This document shows positions 38,051 to 52,862 of a DNA stretch of 64,000 nucleotides, piece by piece. The stretch comes from an uncultured Gammaproteobacteria bacterium (lineage in GTDB: Bacteria > Pseudomonadota > Gammaproteobacteria > Arenicellales > DRJH01). Made by a program: the position numbers and the translations under genes. Location: the NCBI GenBank assembly GCA_964415515.1, contig CAYQAP010000002.1, positions 28,443-92,442 on the forward strand. Reading direction: 5' to 3'. Each line of letters begins with the position of its first letter. The stretch's first letter is position 1. The notes beneath the pieces are model-generated. The model ran no database searches and was not told the DNA's origin. It worked only from the letters and a program-made list of their open reading frames with translations.

Positions 38051-39541
38051 ATGTCAAAAAATCCTGTGTTGCTCGCCATCGATCAGGGTACCAGCAGCAG
38101 CCGCGCGATCCTTTTCAATCCTGCCGGACAACCGCTGAATATCGCCCAACAGGAGTTTAGCCAAATCTACCCCGATAGTGGCTGGGTAGAGCATGACCCG
38201 GAGCAGATCTGGGAAAGCAGCCTGCTGGTCACCCGCAGGATGGTCGATGCAGCACGCGCTGACGCACAAACCATTGTCGGCATCGGCATCACCAACCAAC
38301 GAGAAACCACAGTAGTCTGGGACCGCCAAACAGGGCAGCCCCTGTACAACGCCATTGTCTGGCAAGACCGCCGCACCACCCGGTATTGTGCCCGCCTCAA
38401 GCTGGATAGTCTTGAAGCCATGATACGGGAGAAAACCGGGCTGTTGCTCGACCCCTATTTCTCGGCCACCAAGATCCGCTGGATTCTGCAACATGTTGCG
38501 GGGGCAAGGAATCTGGCGCAGCAGGGTCGTCTCGCATTTGGCACCACGGACAGTTTTTTGATCTGGCGCCTGACCAGTGGCCAGGTTCATGCCACGGATG
38601 CCACCAATGCCTCACGCACGCTGCTGTTCAATATTCACCAGCAATGCTGGGATCTGGAGTTACTGCAGCTGTTCGAAATCCCTGAGTCCATGTTGCCAGA
38701 GGTCAAAAACAGCGCCGATGACTTTGGTTGCACCGATCCGGCTGTTCTGGGGCAAAAGATTCCTATCAGCGGTGTGGCCGGTGACCAGCAATCCGCTGCT
38801 TTAGGGCAGGCTTGTCTGGCCCCCGGGATGGCTAAAAGCACCTACGGTACCGGCTGTTTTGCCCTGATGAACACCGGTACCACGGCCGTCACCTCAGAGC
38901 ACAAATTGTTGACTACGGTTGCCTATCGCATAGCTGGCAAAGCATATTATGCGCTGGAAGGCTCGATCTTTGTTGCGGGTGCCGCCGTACACTGGCTACG
39001 TGATCGCCTTCAAATCATCCGGTCGGCCGCCGAAACCGAGGTGCTGGCCGCCAGCCTGGACAGCAATAAGGGGGTTTATCTGGTCCCGGCCTTTACCGGC
39101 CTTGGGGTGCCCTACTGGGATCCGGATGCCCGTGGCGCACTGACCGGCCTGACTCGAGACAGTGGCCGGGCGGAAATTGTGCGTGCAACACTGGAGGCTG
39201 TCTGTTATCAAACCCGCGATCTGATCGATGCCATGCAGGCCGATGGTGCCGACTTCACGGCTTTACGGGTCGATGGAGGGATGGTCGCCAATCGCTGGCT
39301 TATGCAGTTCCTGGCGGACATCATCCAGGTTCCGGTTGAAGTACCGGTGGTGACCGAAACTACAGCGCTTGGTGCCGCCTTTCTGGCCGGCCTGCAACTG
39401 GGTGTGGTGCCTTCCACGGCCGCTATTGGCGCCAGCTGGCAGAGCCAACATCGTTATCTACCCCACATGGCTGATACACAAAGACAACAATTACTGGCCG
39501 GCTGGGATCGGGCGGTTGCCCGGGTTCTGGTGAAGCCCTAA
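38051..39541 (+). CDS. glpK: Glycerol kinase
   Basis: Internal start [60 protein letters not shown]. Confidence 0.95.
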   Translation: MSKNPVLLAIDQGTSSSRAILFNPAGQPLNIAQQEFSQIYPDSGWVEHDPEQIWESSLLVTRRMVDAARADAQTIVGIGITNQRETTVVWDRQTGQPLYNAIVWQDRRTTRYCARLKLDSLEAMIREKTGLLLDPYFSATKIRWILQHVAGARNLAQQGRLAFGTTDSFLIWRLTSGQVHATDATNASRTLLFNIHQQCWDLELLQLFEIPESMLPEVKNSADDFGCTDPAVLGQKIPISGVAGDQQSAALGQACLAPGMAKSTYGTGCFALMNTGTTAVTSEHKLLTTVAYRIAGKAYYALEGSIFVAGAAVHWLRDRLQIIRSAAETEVLAASLDSNKGVYLVPAFTGLGVPYWDPDARGALTGLTRDSGRAEIVRATLEAVCYQTRDLIDAMQADGADFTALRVDGGMVANRWLMQFLADIIQVPVEVPVVTETTALGAAFLAGLQLGVVPSTAAIGASWQSQHRYLPHMADTQRQQLLAGWDRAVARVLVKP

Positions 39542-39545
39542 TCCA

Positions 39546-39567
39546 CCCAGGCGACCAACCGCCTAGG
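39546..39567. terminator. Hairpin between convergent glpK and glmS (CCCAGGCG-ACCAAC-CGCCTAGG)
   Basis: An 8-bp stem with one mismatch, read by eye. No clear U-tract. Confidence 0.25.
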
Positions 39568-39572
39568 CTCGC

Positions 39573-41414
39573 TTATTCAACCGTAACGGACTTTGCCAGA
39601 TTGCGTGGCTTGTCCACATCGGTCCCCTTGATCAAAGCCACATGGTAGGCCAGCAACTGTAACGGAACCGCATAAATGATCGGCGATAAAAGATCGTCCA
39701 CCGAGACCACCTGGACCACGGTAATGTCGTTATATTGTTGTATTCCAGCGGCCTGATCGGCAAAAACCAGCATTCGACCGCCACGCGCGCGCACTTCCTG
39801 AATATTGGATTTGAGCTTCTCGAGCAAGGGGTTGTTTGGCGCTACTGCAATCACCGGCATTTTCTCATCAACCAACGCCAGAGGGCCGTGTTTGAGTTCG
39901 CCGGCCGGATAGGCTTCGGCGTGAATATAGGAGATTTCCTTGAGCTTGAGCGCACCTTCCAAGGCAATCGGAAAATGGCTCCCCCGCCCCAAAAACAGGG
40001 CGTGTTCTTTGGCTACAAAGCGCTCCGCAATGCTCTGGATCTGCGGTTCCAGTGCCAGTGCCTGCTCGATCTGCTGCGGCAAGCTGGTCAATCCTCGTTG
40101 AGCCAGGTGCAAACGCTCGGGATCATAACCACGAGCCTGTGCAAGACTCATGGTCAACAAAAAGAGCCCGATCAGCTGGGTGGTGAAAGCCTTCGTAGAA
40201 GCCACCCCGATTTCGGGTCCGGCACGCGTCAAAAGCACCAGATCTGCTTCTCGAACCAGTGCACTTTCAGCCACATTACAAACCGCCAGGCAAGGCCCAA
40301 AACCTCGTTCTCTGGCAGCCTTGACTGCCGCCAGAATATCGACGGTTTCACCCGACTGGGAAATGGCCACGAGCAGATTGTGCTGTGGAACAACGGGCTG
40401 GCGATAACGAAACTCACTGGCAATTTCCACATCACAGGCGATACCAAAACCTTCCATCCAGTTTTTGGCCACCAGACCGGCATGATAACTGGTTCCGCAG
40501 GCCAGAATTTTGACGTTTTCAACCCCGACAAAGATCGCCTCAGCGGTCGGTCCAAATACCGCAGCCGGCACTTGTCCATTGATGATCCGGCCTTCCAGGG
40601 TATTACTAGCAGCAAGTGGTTGCTCGCAGATCTCCTTGAGCATGAAATGTCGATACCCGTTCAGACCGATACTTTCTGGGCTCATATCCGTTTCTGTGAC
40701 CGGCCGAGTTTCACGCCCCCCCTGGGCGTTCTCGATCTCAACCCGATCACGCCAGAGAGTGACCATATCTCCTTCCTCGAGCACCTGGAAGCGTCGGGTG
40801 TAATGCAATAATGCGGTCATATCCGAAGCCAGGTAGTGGCTGTCTTCTCCCAGGCCAACCACCAGTGGGCTGCCGCGTCGGGCAGCGACAATCAAATCCG
40901 GCTCCACTTGACTCAAGATGACCAACGCGTAGGAACCTTCCAGCATGGCGATACTGCGCCGACAGGCCTCGACAAAGTTTCTGCCAAGCCGTTGCTGAGC
41001 CACCACCAGATGACAGATCACTTCGGTGTCGGTATCGGAAGTAAAGGCAAACCCCTGCTCTTGCAGTACTGAGCGCAAGGCCTCGTGGTTCTCAATAATG
41101 CCATTGCAAACCACGGCCACACCCTCATCACTGAGGAGTGGGTGTGCATTGCGCTCACTCGGGACCCCGTGAGTGGCCCAGCGGGTATGGGCTATCCCGA
41201 CTTCCCCGAGAACCGTATGCCCGACAAGCGCCTGCTCCAGATCCGCTACTCGCCCGGCACTGCGCACCCGGAATAATTGACCCCGTTGCACTGTCCCTGG
41301 CTCAATCAAAGCCACACCGGCCGAGTCATAACCTCGGTATTCCAGACTATGCAGACCGGCCATCAGCACTGGCAACACCGGGCGAGGTGCCAGTGCAGCA
41401 ACGATTCCACACAT
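39573..41414 (-). CDS. glmS: Glutamine--fructose-6-phosphate aminotransferase
   Basis: 613 aa. MCGIVAA N-terminal nucleophile, two SIS domains, C-terminal KSVTVE. Confidence 0.96.
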   Translation of the reverse strand: MCGIVAALAPRPVLPVLMAGLHSLEYRGYDSAGVALIEPGTVQRGQLFRVRSAGRVADLEQALVGHTVLGEVGIAHTRWATHGVPSERNAHPLLSDEGVAVVCNGIIENHEALRSVLQEQGFAFTSDTDTEVICHLVVAQQRLGRNFVEACRRSIAMLEGSYALVILSQVEPDLIVAARRGSPLVVGLGEDSHYLASDMTALLHYTRRFQVLEEGDMVTLWRDRVEIENAQGGRETRPVTETDMSPESIGLNGYRHFMLKEICEQPLAASNTLEGRIINGQVPAAVFGPTAEAIFVGVENVKILACGTSYHAGLVAKNWMEGFGIACDVEIASEFRYRQPVVPQHNLLVAISQSGETVDILAAVKAARERGFGPCLAVCNVAESALVREADLVLLTRAGPEIGVASTKAFTTQLIGLFLLTMSLAQARGYDPERLHLAQRGLTSLPQQIEQALALEPQIQSIAERFVAKEHALFLGRGSHFPIALEGALKLKEISYIHAEAYPAGELKHGPLALVDEKMPVIAVAPNNPLLEKLKSNIQEVRARGGRMLVFADQAAGIQQYNDITVVQVVSVDDLLSPIIYAVPLQLLAYHVALIKGTDVDKPRNLAKSVTVE

Positions 41415-41417
41415 CGC

Positions 41418-42830
41418 TTATTTCTCCTGTTTATGCTGGCGCTTGCTCGGGGGCAGCCAGTTTTTTAGCGTCTGCAGCTGCGGTCTACTCAGGGTCAATG
41501 CCTCGGCTTGAGCATCTCGGGTCAGTGTCGTACCGGCTCCGATGGTTGCGCGAACGCCAATCTTGACCGGTGCCACCAATTGGCAATCGGAGCCGATAAA
41601 GGCACCATCACCAATTTCGGTGCGATGCTTGTTTTGCCCGTCGTAATTGCAGGTAATCACTCCGGCACCAACATTCACGTCCTGGCCGATACCGGCATCC
41701 CCAAGGTAGCTCAAATGACTGGCCTTGCTGCCCTGGCCCAATCGAGTGTTCTTCAGTTCGACAAAGTTACCAACCCGCGAATTGGCTTCCAGAACCGTGC
41801 CGGGGCGGATGCGGGCAAAAGGACCCACCTGGGCACCACGATGGATTTCTACTTTTTCGATCACACTCATCGGCTGAATAATGACATCAGCCGCCATTGA
41901 AGAATTACGAATGATACAGTTGGCTCCGATCCGCACACGATCACCCAACCTCACGTTGCCTTCGATAATAACATTGATATCGATGAAGCAATCACGTCCA
42001 TGTTGCAACTGCCCGCGCAGATCGAAACGCGCCGGGTCAGCCAGTTGTAGCCCTGCCTCAAGAAGCCTTTGACCTTGTCGCAACTGATAGACCCGCTCAG
42101 CCTGGGCCAATTCAATATGGCTGTTAATCCCCAGAACATCCGTGTTATCTGTGGCAACAAAGCTATGGACCGTGATCTGATCTCGTACCGCCATAGCGAT
42201 ACAGTCGGTCAGATAAAGCTCGCCCTGGCTGTTCTCACAGGACAACTGGTTCAGCCAGCCACGCAACAACCCGGCCGGCGCTGACATCACCCCGGTATTG
42301 ATTTCCCGAATTTCCCTTAGCTTTGGGCTGGCGTCACGATGTTCGACAATCGCCCTCACAGCCGCATCCGGGCCACGCACAATCCGACCCAGACCATCGG
42401 CTTGTTCTACCACCGCGGTCAGTAGCGCCACCGTCTGCCCTAATGCGGGGTCCAGTAACGCCAACAGCGTTAGTTTGCGAAGCAGAGGCACATCACCGTA
42501 GAGCACCAGAACCCGGGCCTTGTCGGGAATATCCGGCATGGCCTGAGCAACGGCGTGACCGGTGCCTTTCTGCTCCGGCTGCAACACCCAATGGATCTTC
42601 GAATCGGCTATTTTCTGCTGCACGCTGTCTGCCTGATGGCCGACCACGCAATGAATTGTTTCAGGTTCAAGCTGGCGCGCGACATCCAGTACATAGTGCA
42701 AGACCGGCCGTCCAGCCAACAATTGCAATACCTTGGCCACATCCGAATGCATGCGCGTACCCAAGCCTGCCGCCAATACAATAACATGCAATGGGACTGA
42801 ATCAGCGCTGCTGAATATAGGCTTTGACAT
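41418..42830 (-). CDS. glmU: Bifunctional UDP-N-acetylglucosamine pyrophosphorylase / GlcN-1-P acetyltransferase
   Basis: 470 aa. VLAAGLGTRM, left-handed beta-helix hexapeptide repeats in the C-terminal half. Confidence 0.95.
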   Translation of the reverse strand: MSKPIFSSADSVPLHVIVLAAGLGTRMHSDVAKVLQLLAGRPVLHYVLDVARQLEPETIHCVVGHQADSVQQKIADSKIHWVLQPEQKGTGHAVAQAMPDIPDKARVLVLYGDVPLLRKLTLLALLDPALGQTVALLTAVVEQADGLGRIVRGPDAAVRAIVEHRDASPKLREIREINTGVMSAPAGLLRGWLNQLSCENSQGELYLTDCIAMAVRDQITVHSFVATDNTDVLGINSHIELAQAERVYQLRQGQRLLEAGLQLADPARFDLRGQLQHGRDCFIDINVIIEGNVRLGDRVRIGANCIIRNSSMAADVIIQPMSVIEKVEIHRGAQVGPFARIRPGTVLEANSRVGNFVELKNTRLGQGSKASHLSYLGDAGIGQDVNVGAGVITCNYDGQNKHRTEIGDGAFIGSDCQLVAPVKIGVRATIGAGTTLTRDAQAEALTLSRPQLQTLKNWLPPSKRQHKQEK

Positions 42831-42945
42831 CAGTGAATTATATCAGGCCTGGTGAAAATACAGGAGAGTGGAATCGACTATCCAGCTTTCTCCACTGATG
42901 GAACAATCGGCGGATTATGTGGTGGTCTGGAAAGTTCCAATGTAA

Positions 42946-43434
42946 CTACTGCAAAAGCGGAGGGATTTCCTCGACTTTTCCGGTCACAATTTCCTGGGTT
43001 GAGGCCTTGCGAATCGCCTTGACTGTGACTTCATAGTGAATATTCTTGCCCGCTAGGGGATGGTTGGCATCTACAGTAAGCGAGTCGGCAGTTATTTCAA
43101 CCACACGAAAGTGCATAACTTTACTGTCCGCATTCTCCGCTTCAAACTCCGTGCCCAACTGTCGCAGATCTTCCGGGACATTCTCGATCGAATCAGTAAA
43201 AGTCAGACCCGGGTCATGCGGTCCAAATGCTTCATCCGCGGTCAAATCAACTGTCACACTATCTCCCACCTGGCAGCCTTCCAGGCTGGCTTCAAGCTTG
43301 GGAAATAATTCCCCTTTACCGCCATGTACGTAGTCCACTGGCAAATCACGGTATTCGAGCAACTGTCCCTGCTCGTCCCTGATGGAATAACCGATCGATA
43401 CGACCGTGGCGGGGCCGACGCGCTGTGTAATCAT
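42946..43434 (-). CDS. FKBP-type peptidyl-prolyl cis-trans isomerase (SlyD/FkpB-like, no His-rich tail)
   Basis: 162 aa. VSIGYSIRDEQGQLL..., insert-in-flap region, DANHPLAGKNIHYEVTV. Confidence 0.8.
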   Translation of the reverse strand: MITQRVGPATVVSIGYSIRDEQGQLLEYRDLPVDYVHGGKGELFPKLEASLEGCQVGDSVTVDLTADEAFGPHDPGLTFTDSIENVPEDLRQLGTEFEAENADSKVMHFRVVEITADSLTVDANHPLAGKNIHYEVTVKAIRKASTQEIVTGKVEEIPPLLQ

Positions 43435-43443
43435 GTTAGATTT

Positions 43444-43860
43444 CTACTTGCCACCTCGCAACTTGCGCAAGGTCTGTAGTTCAGCTACCGCAATGGCCAG
43501 CTCCGCCTTGGCTTTGGCGTACTCAATCTTCGAGCTGTTATCGCGCATCGCATGTTCTGCATGCTGCTTGGCCTCGAGAGCCGCAGCCTCGTCGATATCA
43601 TCACCACGGATTGCTGTATCAGCCAGAACAGTGACCATATGTGGCTGTACTTCCAGCAAACCACCGGAAATTACCACCATTTCTTCGTTGCCATCAAGCT
43701 GTACTCTGACGATACCGGGTTTGAGCCGGGTCATCATCGGGGTATGGCGGGGAGCAATCCCCACCTCGCCCATTTCTGCGGGCGCAAACACCATATTGGC
43801 AGTGCCCGAGTATATGGCTTTCTCGGCACTGACAATATCCACCTGAATGGTCATAGCCAT
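43444..43860 (-). CDS. atpC: F1 ATP synthase subunit epsilon
   Basis: 138 aa. Last gene of the atp operon. [13 protein letters not shown]...[11 protein letters not shown]. Confidence 0.93.
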   Translation of the reverse strand: MAMTIQVDIVSAEKAIYSGTANMVFAPAEMGEVGIAPRHTPMMTRLKPGIVRVQLDGNEEMVVISGGLLEVQPHMVTVLADTAIRGDDIDEAAALEAKQHAEHAMRDNSSKIEYAKAKAELAIAVAELQTLRKLRGGK

Positions 43861-43870
43861 CTACTAGTCC

Positions 43871-46163
<2,293 letters not shown>

Positions 46164-46188
46164 GAACTAACTCCATGCGTACTCAGTA

Positions 46189-47736
46189 TTACCAGGTGCC
46201 ATTGGCTTTGAAATCATCCAGTGCCTTGCTCAGGCTGGCGACGACTTCGTCAGTGTACTTGCAGTGCTCATTGATCTCTTCCAGTAACGCCGGGTAGCTC
46301 GCTTTCACGAAACTTAGCATGGACTCCTCAAACGCCACCACTTTTTGTACTTCCACATGATCCAGATAACCCTCGTTCACCGCATACAGAGAAATCGCCA
46401 TTTCCGCCACAGACATCGGTGAATACTGTTTCTGTTTCATCAGCTCGGTGACCCGCTGGCCACGCTCCAGCTGATTGCGAGTCAGCTCGTCCAGGTCGGA
46501 GGCAAACTGGGCGAATGCGGCCAGTTCGCGATACTGGGCGAGAGCAAGTCGTATCCCGCCACCGAGTTTTTTGATGATACCGGTCTGTGCGGCACCACCG
46601 ACCCGGGATACCGACAAGCCGGCGTTAATCGCTGGACGTATACCGGCATTGAACAGGTCTGACTCCAGAAAAATTTGGCCATCGGTGATCGAAATGACGT
46701 TGGTGGGTACAAATGCAGACACATCACCAGCCTGAGTTTCTATGATCGGCAAAGCCGTCAACGAACCGGTACGACCCTTGACTTTACCTGCGGTACGTTT
46801 TTCCACATCCTCGGCATTAATGCGGGCAGCCCGTTCCAGCAGGCGAGAATGTAGATAGAACACATCGCCAGGGTAGGCTTCACGCCCTGGGGGTCGACGC
46901 AGCAGCAAAGATACCTGGCGATAGGCCCAGGCCTGTTTGGTCAGATCATCATAGACGATTAATGCATCTTCACCGTGATCGCGGAAATATTCGCCCATCG
47001 CACAACCGGCGTAGGGAGCCACATACTGCAAAGCCGCCGAGTTGGCTGCTGATGCCGCCACCACAATAGTGTGGTCCATGGCATCGTGCTCTTCCAGCTT
47101 GCGGACCACCCCGGCAATACTCGATGCTTTCTGACCCACCGCCACATAGATACATTTGACCCCAGTGTCCTTTTGATTGATGATGGTATCAATACCCAAC
47201 GCAGTCTTGCCGGTCTGGCGATCACCAATAATCAGTTCGCGCTGACCACGTCCGATGGGAACCATGGAGTCGATGGACTTGAGACCGGTTTGTACCGGCT
47301 CGGAAACGGACTGCCGGGAGATCACCCCTGGCGCCACCTTCTCAATCGGAGAGGTCTCCGTGGCGAGCACTGGACCCTTGCCATCAATCGGCATACCGAG
47401 CGAATCGACAACCCGGCCCAATAGGCCTTCCCCGACCGGGACTTCCAGTATTCTGCCGGTACACTTGACGGTGTCACCTTCGGACAAATGGGCATATTCG
47501 CCCAGCACCACAGCACCGACCGAATCTCGTTCCAGGTTCAAGGCCATGCCGTACGTATCACCAGGGAACTCGAGCATTTCTCCCTGCATGGCTTCGGCCA
47601 AGCCGTGGATACGGGCAATACCATCGGTCAGACTGACAATCGTGCCTTCAGTACGCGCTTGGGCGACGGCTTCAAAATTTTTGATCCGTTCCTTAATCAG
47701 CTCACTGATTTCAGACGGCTTCAATTGCGTGGACAT
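46189..47736 (-). CDS. atpA: F1 ATP synthase subunit alpha
   Basis: 515 aa. GDRQTGKT Walker A, full-length alpha subunit. Confidence 0.96.
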   Translation of the reverse strand: MSTQLKPSEISELIKERIKNFEAVAQARTEGTIVSLTDGIARIHGLAEAMQGEMLEFPGDTYGMALNLERDSVGAVVLGEYAHLSEGDTVKCTGRILEVPVGEGLLGRVVDSLGMPIDGKGPVLATETSPIEKVAPGVISRQSVSEPVQTGLKSIDSMVPIGRGQRELIIGDRQTGKTALGIDTIINQKDTGVKCIYVAVGQKASSIAGVVRKLEEHDAMDHTIVVAASAANSAALQYVAPYAGCAMGEYFRDHGEDALIVYDDLTKQAWAYRQVSLLLRRPPGREAYPGDVFYLHSRLLERAARINAEDVEKRTAGKVKGRTGSLTALPIIETQAGDVSAFVPTNVISITDGQIFLESDLFNAGIRPAINAGLSVSRVGGAAQTGIIKKLGGGIRLALAQYRELAAFAQFASDLDELTRNQLERGQRVTELMKQKQYSPMSVAEMAISLYAVNEGYLDHVEVQKVVAFEESMLSFVKASYPALLEEINEHCKYTDEVVASLSKALDDFKANGTW

Positions 47737-47777
47737 AAGTGTATTCCTCTAAAATACTGTTCTGGTCGCCAAAAAAA

Positions 47778-48314
47778 TCAATGCACCAAACTGTTCGTCA
47801 GTTGCTGAACCCGGGCTCGGGCCGAACCGTCAATGACCCAATCACCAGCGCGAATAATCATGCCGGCAAGTAGTTCTTCATTCACGCTGCTGTGAAGACG
47901 CACGGTGCGCCCGAAGTGTTGCTCCAAAGCCGCGGAAATCATCTGCTGTTCATCCTTGTTAATGGCGTATGCCGATTCCACGGTGGCTTCGATTTGCTGC
48001 TCTGCCTCCGCCCGCATGGCTTCGAACTGCCGCAATAATTCGGCACCAATATCCAGCCGGTCATTCGCCACCAGCAGGCGCAACAAGGTTTGTGTGGCCG
48101 CTGTAATCAGTGACTCAGAAACCGCCAGCAATATCTCGGTGAGTCGCTGCTTGTCGATATTGGGATCACCAATTCGCTGCTTGACTTGTTCATCATCCAG
48201 CACCGTGGCGATTACCGTAAGTTGTTCAGACCATTGCGCTAAATTCTGTTCTTCACTGCCGATTCTGAATACTGCTTCCGCATAGGGCCGGGCCAGTGTT
48301 TGCAGTTCTGCCAT
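47778..48314 (-). CDS. atpH: F1 ATP synthase subunit delta
   Basis: 178 aa. LARPYAEAVF. Operon position. Confidence 0.9.
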   Translation of the reverse strand: MAELQTLARPYAEAVFRIGSEEQNLAQWSEQLTVIATVLDDEQVKQRIGDPNIDKQRLTEILLAVSESLITAATQTLLRLLVANDRLDIGAELLRQFEAMRAEAEQQIEATVESAYAINKDEQQMISAALEQHFGRTVRLHSSVNEELLAGMIIRAGDWVIDGSARARVQQLTNSLVH

Positions 48315-48323
48315 GGTTCCGAC

Positions 48324-48794
48324 CTACAACTGGGTCAAAAGATCGTTGAGCATTTTATCGTGCGTCGTCCGATCAATTTCCCGTTCCAGAATTTTTTCCG
48401 CACCGAGTACCGACAGTTCTGCAACCTGGCCCCGCAATGACTCCTTGGCCTTGTTGAGCTCGGTTTCGATCTCGGCCCGGGCGGCTGTCAGAATCCGCTT
48501 GGCTTCTTCTCGGGCATCACTTTTTGCCTGATCGACAATCTCTGACGCCCGTTTCTCACCCCGGTTGACCAACTCAGCTGTCTGCAGCTTGGTTTCCCGC
48601 AGCAATTCCGCAGCTTTCTGTTCCGCCAGGCTCTGTTCACGTTTGCCGCGCTCGGCGGCTGCCAACCCATCAGCAATCCGGATTTTGCGCTCATCCAGCG
48701 CGGCCATGATCGGAGTCCAGACGAATTTCATGGTAAACATGACGAAGACGGCGAAGACCACCATTTCAATCAGCAATGTGAGGTTTATGTTCAT
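48324..48794 (-). CDS. atpF: Fo ATP synthase subunit b
   Basis: 156 aa. N-terminal TM followed by a long charged helix. Operon position. Confidence 0.9.
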   Translation of the reverse strand: MNINLTLLIEMVVFAVFVMFTMKFVWTPIMAALDERKIRIADGLAAAERGKREQSLAEQKAAELLRETKLQTAELVNRGEKRASEIVDQAKSDAREEAKRILTAARAEIETELNKAKESLRGQVAELSVLGAEKILEREIDRTTHDKMLNDLLTQL

Positions 48795-48830
48795 TTCAAT
48801 ACCTCATGTGTCATTCGTAGGGTCGGATAA

Positions 48831-49100
<270 letters not shown>

Positions 49101-49124
49101 TTAAAAAACCCAGTGATGACGATA

Positions 49125-49997
<873 letters not shown>

Positions 49998-50387
49998 CTA
50001 AGAACCCGTACTTTCATCAATTGTCGTGCCGCAGAACAGAAAGCCCACTTGCATGACAACAAAACCCAAAACAATTAAAGGCAAAGGCCAATGTAGCACC
50101 AATCCCCCGACCGCAATACCTCCTGCCACCAACAAAAACTTGTTCACCAGACCGGCATACAATGGCAGCATCCCAAGCCCTTTACTTCGTTGCAGCGCCC
50201 GACTGGCACGCTGCACCGACCGACCTGTAAGCAGGGTATTAACCATTCCCAGCACACAGCCCAGCGCAACTGCGTAGAAATCCACACCCCACCAACCCGG
50301 CACCAGCAAAGTAATCACCAGTACTAACGCGGCCATCATCACCTGCACCACCAGAACCCGGCGTCGACAGTGCCGCAGATCACTCAC
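49998..50387 (-). CDS. atpI: ATP synthase protein I
   Basis: 129 aa, hydrophobic. First gene of the atp operon. Confidence 0.7.
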   Translation of the reverse strand: MSDLRHCRRRVLVVQVMMAALVLVITLLVPGWWGVDFYAVALGCVLGMVNTLLTGRSVQRASRALQRSKGLGMLPLYAGLVNKFLLVAGGIAVGGLVLHWPLPLIVLGFVVMQVGFLFCGTTIDESTGS

Positions 50388-50557
50388 CCTTTGGCGCCCA
50401 TCTTACGGGTACCTCAAAATGGCGCGGTAGTATAAAATAGACATATCAACAGGTCAACGGTTTATATGATACCACTCTCACCAATACAAAAACATCGTTG
50501 GCTAAATGGTATGTCGGAGAAAGAACAAGAAGCTGTTTGGGTTTGCTCTACCTTCGC

Positions 50558-51436
50558 TTAGTGAATTCGTGCCAAAATTCCTTCCAGCTCTTCCAGACTG
50601 TGGTATTCAATCATCAACCGACCTTTTTTTGGTCCATGCTGGATACGCACCCGGGCCTGGATACGCTCGGATAATGTCGTTTCCAGATGACGAATATCCG
50701 TATCATACGCATGATTTTCACCGGGTTGGTTTCCTGGTCCGGCTGCAGACAACAGTTGCTGTACCAGCTTCTCTGTGGCCCGGACCGACAGGTCCTTGCG
50801 AACAACCTGGCGTGCTATCACCAAGCGCTGTGCTTCGGGCAAGCCCAACAACGCTCTGGCATGACCCATATCGAGTTGCCCCTGCTCCACCAGTTCCCGG
50901 ATCTCCCGCTGGAGTGCCAACAAGCGCAGTAAGTTGCTAATCTGGGCCCGAGAGCGACCCAGGTAATTGGCAATCTGCTGATGGGTCAGCTTGAATTCAT
51001 CAATCAATCGCGAAATACCTGTGGCCTCCTCAATGGGGTTAAGGTCTTCTCTTTGGATATTTTCAATCAAGGCCATCGCCACTGCCGCCTCATCAGCGAC
51101 TTCCCGCACCAGCACCGGAACCTGTTCCAGACCGGCCAGTTGAGCCGCTCGCCAACGACGCTCTCCAGCAATAATTTCATACGCTCCTGTGCCCAGCTGT
51201 CGAACCAGTATCGGCTGGATGATGCCCTGTGCCCGGATCGATAGAGCCAGGGTCTGCAAAGCATTATCATCCATATGACTGCGTGGCTGGTAGCGCCCGC
51301 GCTGTAATTGTTCTATCGGCAGCTGCGACAAGGTATGATCCGGGATCAAACCAGAATCATTTTTCGAAGAGGCTTCCCCGAGCAGTGCATCAAGCCCTCT
51401 ACCCAAGCGGTTTTTGGTGAGGCGTTTGGCGTTCAT
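50558..51436 (-). CDS. parB: Chromosome partitioning protein ParB
   Basis: 292 aa. LGRGLDALL, QPRSHMD, IIQPILVR, YEIIAGERRWRAA. Confidence 0.95.
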   Translation of the reverse strand: MNAKRLTKNRLGRGLDALLGEASSKNDSGLIPDHTLSQLPIEQLQRGRYQPRSHMDDNALQTLALSIRAQGIIQPILVRQLGTGAYEIIAGERRWRAAQLAGLEQVPVLVREVADEAAVAMALIENIQREDLNPIEEATGISRLIDEFKLTHQQIANYLGRSRAQISNLLRLLALQREIRELVEQGQLDMGHARALLGLPEAQRLVIARQVVRKDLSVRATEKLVQQLLSAAGPGNQPGENHAYDTDIRHLETTLSERIQARVRIQHGPKKGRLMIEYHSLEELEGILARIH

Positions 51437-52197
51437 TGACGTTCCCCTTGTAAAACTTCAGTGGCCAACGCCCGATAAGCCACGGCACCGGCACAGTTCT
51501 TATCATAGTGAATAACCGGTCTTCCATAGCTTGGGGCCTCGGCCAGGCGAACATTGCGTGGGATTACGGTGCGGTACAACTTCCTGCCATAGTGTTTTTC
51601 CAATTGTTCCGACACCTCATTGGTCAGAGAATTGCGTGGATCAAACATGGTCCGCAACAACCCTTGTATCCGGATTGTTGCATTCAGCTTCTGCCGCACC
51701 CGCCTGACAGAAGTCACCAATGCACTTAACCCTTCCAGTGCATAATACTCACATTGCATCGGGATCAATACAGCTGAAGCAGCTACCAACGCATTCACGG
51801 TCAATAAGTCCAGGGCCGGAGGACAATCGATCAGAATGAAATCATAGTGCCCGTGAATGGTCTGCAAGGCTTGTTGCAGGCGCTTTTCACGCTGTGTCGC
51901 CTGTACCAATTCAATCTGAGACCCGGCCAGGTCGCGGGTCGCCGGCAACAGTGCAAAGCCCCACTCCAATGATATGACTGCTGCGGCCACAGATGAATTT
52001 CCCAGCAACACCTCGTAGACTGTTGCTGCCAGATCCGCACCCAGCACACCACAACCTGTGCTGGCATTGGCCTGTGGGTCAAGATCCACCAGCAGCACCC
52101 GCTGCCCCACGGCGGCCAGTGTGGACGCCAAGTTGATACTTGTGGTGGTTTTACCAACACCCCCCTTCTGGTTGGTAATGGCGATAATTTTACCCAT
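51433..52197 (-). CDS. parA: Chromosome partitioning ATPase ParA (Soj)
   Basis: 254 aa. Deviant Walker A NQKGGVGKTT. ATGA overlap with parB. Confidence 0.95.
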   Translation of the reverse strand: MGKIIAITNQKGGVGKTTTSINLASTLAAVGQRVLLVDLDPQANASTGCGVLGADLAATVYEVLLGNSSVAAAVISLEWGFALLPATRDLAGSQIELVQATQREKRLQQALQTIHGHYDFILIDCPPALDLLTVNALVAASAVLIPMQCEYYALEGLSALVTSVRRVRQKLNATIRIQGLLRTMFDPRNSLTNEVSEQLEKHYGRKLYRTVIPRNVRLAEAPSYGRPVIHYDKNCAGAVAYRALATEVLQGERQ

Positions 52198-52217
52198 AGA
52201 CAGCTATCCCTGGACCC

Positions 52218-52862
52218 TCAAGCACGTACCAGTATCAGCAAACGACGATCGGCTGCCACACCAGGTACCGATAAAACAATATTGTGCTGCAATTGCCAGC
52301 CTCCAGGCAACTCCTTTAACTCCCTGTCAATCGGCCAGTTTTTCAAAGCCAACACCCGCCCCTGTGCGCTGCATAAATGCCCGGAATACTCCAGCAACCT
52401 CGACAAGGGGGCAACAGCGCGGGCAGTAAGCGTATCAAATTCTTCTTCGGGCTGGTATTGTTCTACACGTGCCGTGATCACCACCACATTCGCTAGTCCC
52501 AGCTCCGTTACTGCCTGTTGCAGAAAGCGAGTACGTTTGCTCCGACTGTCCAGCAGAAAAAAATCGTGTTCGGGCCGCATGATTGCCAGCGGTATTCCCG
52601 GCAGCCCCGCCCCACTGCCAATATCCAGTACCCGCCGACCTGCCAACCAAGGCAGCAGCGGGAGACTGTCGAACAGATGCCGATATACCATTTGTTGTGG
52701 TACGGTCACTGCAGTTAGATTGACTGTACGACTCCAGCGTTGCAGCAGTCGTAAAAACAGCAGCAGCTGCTGCTGTTGCAGCACCGAGGAAACAATGCCG
52801 AGCTGCTGCAGACCCGTGCCCAAGCTGTCGGCTGCCTGCTGCCAGGCCGCTTCAGGCTTCAT
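52218..52862 (-). CDS. rsmG: 16S rRNA (guanine527-N7)-methyltransferase
   Basis: 214 aa. DIGSGAGLPGIPLAI. Conserved position upstream of parA. Confidence 0.92.
   Translation of the reverse strand: MKPEAAWQQAADSLGTGLQQLGIVSSVLQQQQLLLFLRLLQRWSRTVNLTAVTVPQQMVYRHLFDSLPLLPWLAGRRVLDIGSGAGLPGIPLAIMRPEHDFFLLDSRSKRTRFLQQAVTELGLANVVVITARVEQYQPEEEFDTLTARAVAPLSRLLEYSGHLCSAQGRVLALKNWPIDRELKELPGGWQLQHNIVLSVPGVAADRRLLILVRA

Noticed and set aside
39735-40811. 358-aa ORF antisense to glmS (and similarly 56284-57021 antisense to mnmG)
   Set aside because: Both are embedded in strongly conserved genes on the other strand, and their translations have no recognisable domain features. They are shadow ORFs.
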